Shown here: in pieces, positions 54,724-64,000 of the stretch
Numbering within the stretch: position 1 is the first letter of the stretch
Layout of the letters: each line of letters opens with the position of its first letter
Assembly (NCBI GenBank): GCA_964247055.1
Contig: OZ176058.1
Coordinates: 1,612,001-1,676,000 of the forward strand
DNA length: 64,000 bases
Reading direction: 5' to 3'
From: Paragordius varius
Lineage: Eukaryota; Animalia; Nematomorpha
The notes under the pieces: generated by a model
Seen by the model: only the letters and a program-made list of their open reading frames with translations
Databases searched by the model: none
What the model was told of the DNA's origin: nothing
Position numbers and translations under genes: made by a program

Positions 54724-56087
54724 ATGGTTACACTCAGTTTTTCTATCCTTTCGCTGATGCTAATTGCTTTTAATGAATTCCAATGTGCCGTAATTATCAA
54801 TAAAGATCAGAATTCAGAATTTGCAAAAAGTATTATAAATAAATTTTTTATCCCCTCATTTTTTGAGCGTTTCTCTTAAAATAGGGCAACTTAAAAGAAA
54901 ACAATGTTTAAATATGAGTTAAAATTATTTATACCAAGGATTAAATTAACGAGAGTTATTAATGGCGATTTCGGTTTTTTAATTGACTAAATGTGATTTT
55001 CGATTTTTATTAGTTACAATTTAATTACTATTGTGGAACAAACATAGGGTGCCTGTTCGCAATGATATACTTTGTTAGCTTTATTTATAATGTATATTAA
55101 TAAATATCACGCATTATAACAGAGATGTACAGTAAAAATGAAATCATACAGACAAAACGTTAATAAATATTTTATTCAAACTGTTTTTTTCAAACTAATA
55201 TATTTTTTATGTAACTCATTGTCAATGGCAAATAATGAAAGAGATGTTTAATTACACAATTAATCATATATGTTTTACAATTGTAATTATTTGATTATAT
55301 AGAAAAAATAAGATTAAAAGTGTGGTTAGAAAAACAAAAGTTGTCTATATATTTTTACATTACGTCAGTTTATATTAATTTTTACTGTCAACTAAATACC
55401 TTCTTTCCAATTAAAGGTCAATAATACCTCTCATTATTGTACACTCATTTCTAACAATTATTTGAAATAAAAAATAATGCTACATTGATAATTAAATTTT
55501 CAGTTTTGTATACTGCAGTTTTAGTCATAGTTAATAATTAAAGTGTAAAAAATAGGTATTCTTTTCAGAAAATAATCTTTATTAATCTTTTAATGATCAT
55601 TCGAATGATCTTATTTTATGGATACGAATTTTGATACAACAATCTAGAAATCTATAAACCATTTGTTTTATATATAAATATTTGGAGGAGGAAATGGAGA
55701 AATTCTAAAAATTACAGACATGTTTTTAGGATTTTTTCTGTAAATTTTATTGGTAAAATTTACTGATTTTATTTAGTTGACGAAGTTGATCAAACTAAAC
55801 AAAAAGATTCATCTATTTCTGAATCCGTGGAGTTGGCTCTTTCAGAAACGACGAACTCCTTTACTGAATCACCTGTTTTCACGGAAACAACAGATGGGCT
55901 AAATGAGGAAGAATCGTTTTCGACAGGAAACCCATTCATTCACACATCACCTGATGTGAAACAGTTGGAAACAGCTGACAATAGTCCTTCTAGTTTAACT
56001 GTTGGCAATGTATTATCTAAACTATTTAACGCTGCTAATAAACATGTACACGATTCTCTTGATAAAATGTATGGGAAAAAGAAATAA
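54724..56087 (+). CDS. Orphan secreted Ser/Thr/Glu-rich protein, about 138 aa, two exons (54724-54829 and 55777-56087)
   Basis: Exon 1 reads MVTLSFSILSLMLIAFNEFQCAVIINKDQNSEFAK with a phase-1 donor A|gtatta. Acceptor tttatttag|TT leads into DEVDQTKQKDSSISESVELALSETT...MYGKKK*. Phases match (417 nt), and exon 2 is GC-enriched relative to the flanks. Confidence 0.7.
55130..55387. mobile_element. MITE (CAGTAAAAA family) in the intron of the secreted-protein gene
   Basis: TA|CAGTAAAAATGAAATCATACAGACAAAACG ... ATTTTTACTG. Confidence 0.7.
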
Positions 56088-56939
56088 ATCTAAATTTTTT
56101 TTGAAAAATTTTGTATTGTTTTTTTTTTTCATTTTTTAAATTTAGGTTAGCTTTTCAAATAAAAATTTTTCATATATATCTATAATTTTTGTTGCTTTTT
56201 TTTATATTGTAAAATTTTAATAAATATTTTATATAAATAGCATGATGTAATTTTATTTTTTAAAAAACTTGATCAAATTAGCCTTTTTTCTAAAATTTGC
56301 ACACGAAATAGTATAACAATTCAACAAAATAGTATAACGGGTTTTAACAAAGGATAAGGCATGAAAAGGACAAAATTTTACTAAAATAATAATAGTATTA
56401 ATTAGGTTCCAGATTAATTAGACACTACGCTATACACTTTATATTAAGTTTAACATTTGCATTGAAATTTATTTTACCTATGCAAGGGGTACCCGACACC
56501 TTAGCCGACCTTGAATATAAAGCATGGGACTGTATATAAACTCTCAAATACATTATAAACCTTCATCAGGTATTCCTAGTTATTGCAAAAAAATACCTTA
56601 AAATGTTTAATCTAATATATTGATAGTTTTATTGTCAAGAAATGTGGGATGTAATAATATTTAACGGGTAAAAATAACAATCTTTCTGTTGTTGAACCAT
56701 CAATAAAAATGTAATTTTTCGGATTAAATTAAGACCTGATTGAAAAGGAAAGAGTTAATGTCCAGTATTAATGGCTATGAATGAACTCATAATAAACTGA
56801 TAGTTTAATAAGAAATTTAAGATTAGTTGACCCTTTTCAATTAATTCAACGAAAATTAGTTAATTAATAATAACCTACCTAATATATAATTATTTTTTAA
56901 AAAGAAACTAAATATTTTCTGAAATTATCAAGAAATCAC

Positions 56940-58200
56940 ACCACGAAATGAAACATATTCTTGACAAAATCCTAATTCATTTTGGTGCACCATAATTAAT
57001 ATTCTAAAAAATTTATTTATAAAACAAAATTTATAAAATGGGTAGAACTATGTCCTGGCTTCAATTTTGTTCAAAATTTTTCACAAACTGTTAATATTGG
57101 TATTTATTAATACTTTAAAATATAAACTATTATTTAAATTTTATAGTATGGTTATTTTAAAATTTTTTAAGATCCATAATCACAATCGTATGTTATTTAA
57201 ATCAAACTAAACGAAATGGATTATAAAGTATATAAGAAATTTATGATGACTGCTATGACCAATATAATTGCAATAAATTAAATTTTATTTTTGACAAAGC
57301 TTCAGATAAATTTTCCGTATTTCGGCCCTAAAAATGTTACAATAAATAGTTATTTTTGCAGTCTTTTGTTAATGCCAATACATACAAATGCGGCCTGCGA
57401 AGCGTTTTTTTTGGAGACCCCTGCTTAGATGATCCATATATTTGGTTCAAAATTATAAGAAGTTTTACAGTATAAAGTTGAATTTTAAGGGCACGTAAAA
57501 AATACAGTAAATTGAAAATTTTACCAACAAAATGTAAAATTATGAAAACAAATATTTTTAAAAATAACCATCCTTTTTTTAACCTTAATTATTCTATAAG
57601 CTATTTAGTCACAAATTTAAGGCTTAGAATTGATTGTACTGTTAATATATATCTCTATTCCACAGTCTACTATTTTAAACAATGAGTTATATTGAAATAA
57701 ATCAAGATATAAAATGTATGGTTCTCTTTTAGAAAAAAATATTTGTCTTATATTTTCACGTCTTGTGTGTATAATATCAGTTTTGACTTCAATAGCCAAA
57801 TATTAGTTTAAAAAACACATCCATACTTTTCAAAACTTATAATTGCGATATTTAATTAGATACAATAAAATGATTGATTAAAAATTTCGTCTCTATTCTC
57901 CGTGTAACTAAAATAGATGAGCCATATAAAAGGTTTTTAATTATTAATGTTAAAAAATATGGTCTTTTGAATTTACGTTTAATGCGCAAAATTCCATTAT
58001 TAACTGTGAATATATTTTTAGTGGATTTACTATTTTTTACTAAATCCTCTTAATAATACCAAAACAGCAATGATATTAGACTTTAATTGTAAAAAATATA
58101 ATTAATCTAATTTAATCTGATTGGTAATTTATATTTGAATGAAAATACGAATACACTTGGATAATAATAATAAAGATTACTAATTCAGAGTAAGTGTGGA
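56940..58200 (+). repeat. Third paralog of the 10560-13340 segment, lacking the hAT insertion
   Basis: Matches 10620-11450, then jumps directly to sequence matching 13093 onward at gatgagccatataaaaggtttt. Confidence 0.85.
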
Positions 58201-58207
58201 GATTATA

Positions 58208-58559
58208 TACCATTTACAGTTCAAATTCACCCTTGAACAATTCAAATTCACTCTCGAACAATTCAAATTCACCCTTAAACAATTATACCCTTGAACAATT
58301 TAAATTCACCCTAAAAATAAATTATGTGTTTTTAATATAACTAATTATTAATATGAAATATATGTTTATGGTATAGTTTATTTTTTATGTATTATTTTAA
58401 TTAAAAACATAATTTTTATTTTCTAAGAATATATGAAATATAGGTAATTTTTAATCTTAAAAAGCTTATATTTTTGTAAGGTGAAGAAATGTTCGAGGAG
58501 AATTTGAATTGTTCAAGGGTGAAATTGAATTGTTTAAGGGAATTGAATTGTAAATGGTA
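58208..58559. mobile_element. MITE of the same family as those in the Kunitz intron
   Basis: TACCATTTACAGTTCAAATTCACCC ... GAATTGTAAATGGTA with 20-nt subterminal repeats. Confidence 0.88.
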
Positions 58560-58594
58560 TATGAATGAAGGTTTAATATTTAGATATATATATA

Positions 58595-58631
<37 letters not shown>

Positions 58632-58709
58632 TATAAACAGTATTTAGGTGGCAGATTTCGTCAAATATTTTATCCCACGATTAATGGGAAGATAATTAAT
58701 AAATTAATT

Positions 58710-59310
58710 GAGTTAACTCTAATTCACTAGCTATTAACCATATTTGCTATCCACATTTTCTTTTGTACCAATAAAAGCATTTGAATTAACAAATATTAAT
58801 ACCTTTTTTAGTCTAGGGTAAGCTAGTTTCTATTTTTATTAATTATAATTTTTGGCTATATAAATAGCATATATCGTGATAAATTGATTATTTTATTTAT
58901 CAAACAAGAGTTTTATGTAGTATTTCGAGTTAATCCTAATTCAATGGCTATTAACCATATTTGCTATCCACATTTTCTTTTGTACCAATAAAAGCATTTG
59001 AATTAACAAATATCAATACCTTTTTTAGTCTAGGGTAAGCTAGTTTCTATTTTTATTAATTATAATTTTTGGCTATATAAATAGCATATATCGTGATAAA
59101 TTGATTATTTTATTTATCAAACAAGAGTTTTATGTAGTATTTCGAGTTAATCCTAATTCAATGGCTATTAACCATATTTGTTATCCACATTTTCTTTTGT
59201 TCCAATAAAAGCTTTTGAATTAACAAATATCAATACCTTTTTTAGCTTTCTAAGGTTAGCCAGCTTCTATTTTCTAATATTATAATTTTTAGCTATATAA
59301 ATAGCATAAA
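58710..59310 (+). repeat. 217-bp tandem repeat, about 2.7 copies
   Basis: Units start at 58710, 58927 and 59144; units 1 and 2 are near-identical. Confidence 0.92.
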
Positions 59311-59323
59311 AGATGATAATATA

Positions 59324-59938
59324 ATAACCAAGAGACACAACGTCATAGTAGACCTGATTAAAGATAACCTCCCATTTTTCAAGATCTTAAGTGAAAACCA
59401 AGCTATCGATTCGTCGAGACTACGCCCTAACCTCATTGTAACAAATGGCACTGATTGTTATATCATTGATCCCACTGTGGCGTTTGAAAACAGGCTAGAA
59501 TCATTCGAAACGGCTTTCAACAATAAAATAAGTATAGATGTATGGCTCAACAATTACTAGAGACCTATAAATACCCAGGTCATCCCAGTTGTTGTAGGGA
59601 GCCTCGGCTCTTGGTGTTCAAAAAATGATCTTTTTGAGAAATCAAGTTCTGATGCCCTACACAACTGAAATCAATATTTACCAATACTATTAAATCATCT
59701 TCCGATATGTACCACATGTTTATGAGCGGTGGAAATTCCCTCATAGACAACGACACAACAAATGCATCATTGTAATATTTTTAATATATATATTTCTTTT
59801 TATATTTATTTTATTTTATATATATATTAATATTTTTCTTTCCTCTCCCTTGTAACTTTCCCATGCCCAATGTTGCATAGCACTTTTTTCATATATTCTA
59901 AATTGTATGTTATATATATTAATAAATTTTAAAAAAAA
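59324..59938 (+). mobile_element. 5'-truncated RLE-clade non-LTR retrotransposon (R2/NeSL/Utopia-like), 3' end only
   Basis: ITKRHNVIVDLIK...LRPNLIV...YIIDPTVAFENR..FETAFNNK, then a frameshift to VIPVVVGSLGSW. AT-rich 3' UTR ending in AATAAA and an A-rich tail. Absent from the ORF track. Confidence 0.88.
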
Positions 59939-59939
59939 T

Positions 59940-62900
59940 ATTTTGTATGATAAAAATTTTTATCTTTAAATATAAAGATATAATACTGCCCCTTTATACA
60001 AGGTTAAGGCGGCGACAACAGTTTAACAGCAACATATCCAAAAAATGTAAAATAATGAGCAATGATAAATAATTTATTGGATTTAAAACATGAAACTGAA
60101 AATAAACTCATCAATTCAATAAAATCCATCAAGTTTTCCTACTTATTCCATTGAAAAAATTTCTCTTTGAACCAATTATTGTAAAATAAACCAACCAATC
60201 TTTTATTGTTAAAAAAAATATGATATACATTAATATTTAACGATCATTAATAATAATCTTTCTATTTTACCATCAAATAAAATATAAACAACAGATATAA
60301 TTTCCCTGATTAAATTAAGACGTGATATCCAAAAATATTCTTTTGGCCATTTAAAATGAAATCAACATCTTATATATATTTTCATAATTAATATATTATA
60401 ATAAAAAATTAAAGTATTTCATACAAATTTGATTAAATTTCATTATAATTTGTATGAGAAAAATATATAAACTGGATTAGGTCCCGAGTTTAACTTCGTT
60501 TAAAATTTACCAAATTAATATTTATTAATTCTTTAAAATATAAACTATTATTTAAATTTTATAGTATGATTATAAAATTTTTGAGATCCATAATCACAAT
60601 CGTAGGTAATCAAAATCTTACTAAACGGAAATGAATTATGAAAAATTAGATTGGGATGGCTGTTATCACCGATTTAGTTTCAATATATAATTAAATTTTA
60701 TTTCAGACATTCACATAAATCTATGAATATTGGCAATGAACTAGCTAAAAATGTTAGAATAAATAAATATTTTTACAGTCTTTTGTTACTGTCAATACAT
60801 TTTTCAAATGCTGCCTACCGGATTTTTCGATTCAAAAATGCGGCTCGCGAAGCCATTTGAGTTGGAGACCTTGCTTAGATGATCGATGTATTTGGGACAA
60901 AAAATATCCAAAAATGATATATTTATAAGAATTTTTACAGTAAAAGTTGAATTTTAAGGACAAAACGTAAAAATATACCGACAGTATGCAAAAATATAAA
61001 AACAAATACTTTTAAAAATAACCATTCTTTTTTAAATTTTAATAATTCTATAAGTTATCTAGTTACAAATGTAAGACATAAAATTGATTTTACTTTTTAT
61101 ATGTATCTCTATTCCACACTTTACTTTTAACATTGAGTTATATTGAATAAATCAAGATGTTGTGTGGTTCTCTTTTAGAAAAAAATATTTGTCTTTATAT
61201 TTTTACGTCTTGTCCGTATAATTTCAGTTTTTACTTAAATAGCCAAATATTATTTTAAAACACACATCCATACTTTTTAAAACTTATAATTGCGATTTTT
61301 AATTAGATAAATTTGAGTGAATGATTAACGATGTCATTTCTATCCTCGTTTAGTAACTAAAATAGATGAGCTATAAAATAGGGTTGTATTTTGACCTCCT
61401 TTTTTAATAAAGGGGGTCATATAACCTAGGTCGGTCCAAGGTCCGACCTAGGTTATAACATATAATTACCAATAATAAATAACTACATAAATAAACACTT
61501 GACTAAATTACATAAAAAATGCTTTTAAATAAAGTATATTTTTTTTAAAGTATACTTTCATCAATACTAATAATTTAAATTTCTACAATTAACTTTCTCT
61601 CATGGAATCATACATGAAAACTTATAGAGTTTAAATCACTGAATAAGACTAATGAGAAAATATGGAATTAATTGTGCTCTAATTATTTACCCAGAAAATT
61701 ATTGACCAATATTTAATAAGATTTAACATTACAAATTCAAATAATCAATTAATATTCATTTCATCCTGATCTTCATCATCACTACTGGATGTTTCAATTT
61801 CAACATCCAACCGTGAGTTAACGGCCAACAATTTGTTCAAACGATGTTTATCTAAACGATTGTGCGAAATGTATATATTTTTGCATCGAAAAGTTTCTTT
61901 CGACTGCATTACTCGACACAGGTATAAAAATAATTTCCATGACGAGTGGTTTCTTGATAATCGGTAAATGTGCCAATAAAGTTCCAGAATTCATCGCCTC
62001 TTATATGGCCATATTTTAGCTTTTAAAAAATACCTGTTTTCGCCATATATTTCAGAAACTGATTATATTTTATCCTAAGGACAATCATTATTAAGACATA
62101 TATATTTTAGAGCATGGAGTGCTTTTATAGTGTCGTCGCTATTCAAATCCTTCTTTCAACATGGGTACAAACGAGCCAAGAGAACTAAATCCGTTGTCTT
62201 TTGCTCTTTACGCCTTTCAGATTATTGTACTGATTTATTTATTTGATCTCCAAAAAGAGTACTTAAACAGAGTTTCACATTTCTTCCATGCGTCATATAT
62301 ATTTGTTATAAGGAAAGTATCAGCCTCCAAATATCTTTTATAAGTGGTTCCATTATGTTATAGATATATTCGGCAGTCTTACTAGGATAAGATGTGTCAT
62401 TAATAAAAAATGATTTTTGGGATCTTTGGCCAATAATAATTAATTGTTTGATCCCTACAAATATTAGTAAAGGAATCGACGATAAATGAAATATTATTTT
62501 TACATATTCCATCAACTTCTAATTTTATATCTTCATAACATAAATCTAGTCATTCATTGGAAATCTGTTTTCTATTTTAAATATTCGGTTTTAAACTATG
62601 AATGACACCCCGTTTGTTTTAACTATGTTAAGAGTTGAGGCTTTAAAAATAAATTTTACTAAATGTTTCTGGTTTTAAGATTAAACTTAAGAAATTAAAT
62701 ACTTAGCTTGCTTTCGACCATCACCTTCTGTCATATAATTTATTTTATGAACTTCTTTTAGATGTTTCTTTATTTGGCTTTATATAAATATATATATATA
62801 TATGTAATTGCGTTTCTTGCATGTAACTTGATTTTTTGATCGAAAAATTTCCACACGGCTTATTTCATTATGGTTTAGGAAAGAAAAAATGTGTTTATAT

Positions 62901-63508
62901 GATATTTAAAAGAAAATAATATATATATAAATAATATAATTTTCCTAGAAATTGTAAATTTAAAAAAATAAAAAAATTAAAAAAAAATGGCCTATGTCAT
63001 TTTTTACGTGGTAGGTCGTTACCCTAGGTCATTAACTAATGGGCACAACCTTAACTATATATAAAAGGTTTTTAAATATAAATATTAAATAATATTGTCT
63101 TTTTGGTTTTGTTTTATGCGTAAAATTCCATTTTTTTACTGTAAATATTTTTTTGATAATTTTACCTAATATAATTAGATTTCATGATTATACTTAATAC
63201 GCAATGATATTAAACTTTAATACAATGTAAAATATATAATTAATCTAATTTAATATGATTGGTAATTTATAATACGACAGTATTAAGATGGCAGATTAGA
63301 ATACGTTAGTAATACTCTTATTCAGTGATGGGGAAATATAAATATTAAATTAATTAAGTTAACCCTAATGCAATAGGTATTAACCATATTTGTTATCCAC
63401 ATTTTCTTTTGTACTAATAAAGGCATTTGAATTAACAAATATCAATATTTTTTTAGCTTTCAAGCGTTAGTTATCATCTATTTTTGAAAATTAAAATTTT
63501 TGGCTATA
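59940..63508 (+). repeat. Second copy of the 10070-13545 segmental duplication
   Basis: Colinear, including the same hAT relic at the same site. Confidence 0.95.
61379..63053 (-). mobile_element. Paralogous copy of the decayed DUF659-type hAT
   Basis: TAGGGTTG / CAACCTTA termini; same transposase relic (ISFIVDSFTN, TAEYIYNIMEP). Confidence 0.8.
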
Positions 63509-63510
63509 TA

Positions 63511-64000
63511 CAGTCATGTAGACTTTAATTTATCAAAAATTTACTTTTTTTCTTTAAATGGGTATTAATATTTGGTAAAGAATATAAAAACAAGAGCAAT
63601 ATGGTATTACCATATCATATTCTTTAAAAAAAGTAAAAAATGAAGGGGAAGGGCGTCGGAAATCTTTGGTAAAAAATGAAAATACACTAACTACTAACCC
63701 TTCACTTAAAATTGTATAAAAGGGTTAGGAAAATCGTAATTTTTATCTCAAATATAATTTTTTTTGTTTTGATATGAGAACGATAAAAGGGATTTTTACG
63801 ATAGATGCTATATTAAATAATCGATTTGATCCAATTTCATTAGGATGTAACCCTGGTATTGCGGGTATTTTTTCCTTTATAATGTTAGATTCAGATTATG
63901 TTGACGAAAATATAAGACCCACACAAAATATTGTGCCTAGCAACGATGGTTTTTTTCATTTAAAATCTAGGTGTTAATGAGATCGGCGGGAATGAATTGA
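63511..64000 (+). mobile_element. Left end of a TA-flanked element related to the 14095-15145 MITE
   Basis: TA|CAGTCATG start with the shared TIR block ggggaagggcgtcggaaatct; runs off the window. Confidence 0.75.
63774..64000 (+). CDS. 5' part of a spliced gene (exons 63774-63864, 63889-63948 and 63971 onward), product unknown, possibly this element's transposase
   Basis: Two phase-1 GT-AG introns of 24 and 22 nt. The second bypasses the stop at 63975-63977. The spliced frame MRTIKG...NPGIADSDYVDENIRPTQNIVPSNDGVNEIGGNEL stays open to the edge. Confidence 0.6.

Noticed and set aside
55753-55776. 24-nt GT-AG segment ending at the exon-2 acceptor of the secreted gene
   Set aside because: The upstream frame it would join has no convincing start or coding character; the long-intron model with a signal-peptide exon is preferred.
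58912-58926. tgtagtat in the 217-bp repeat resembles U2 snRNA (the Utopia target)
   Set aside because: Only 8 bp match, and the rest of U2 is absent.
7887-62343. Remaining short track ORFs (for example 7887, 8751, 10851, 16761, 26249, 27474, 51096, 52737, 57617, 62161)
   Set aside because: They are AT-rich, I/F/K/N-biased chance frames, or antisense to or overlapping MITEs and transposase relics; no motifs were recognised.

Overview
Very AT-rich (roughly 20-25% GC by eye) eukaryotic, apparently animal, genomic DNA. Most of it is nested, decayed transposons and diverged local segmental duplications. DNA transposons: Chapaev3, Tc1/IS630-like, several hAT lineages, MITEs and foldback elements. 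Retroelement relics: LINE, Penelope, RLE-type and an integrase. No rRNA, tRNA or CRISPR was seen. Three small two-exon genes for secreted proteins can be built by hand: a Kunitz inhibitor lacking its 4th Cys and two orphans. Each has a signal-peptide exon followed by a 0.8-1.2 kb phase-1 intron, MITE-filled in two of them. The most notable signal is a set of ultrashort 21-24 nt GT-AG introns. In the Chapaev3 and Tc1-like transposase genes, removing them restores the reading frame or the family motif spacing; similar candidates occur in two further ORFs. This points to a host with a miniature-intron splicing system, such as a reduced parasitic lineage (myxozoan- or dicyemid-like; inference only). 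Most ORFs in the supplied track are repeat artefacts or transposase fragments. All homology calls come from motif recognition by eye, not database searches.
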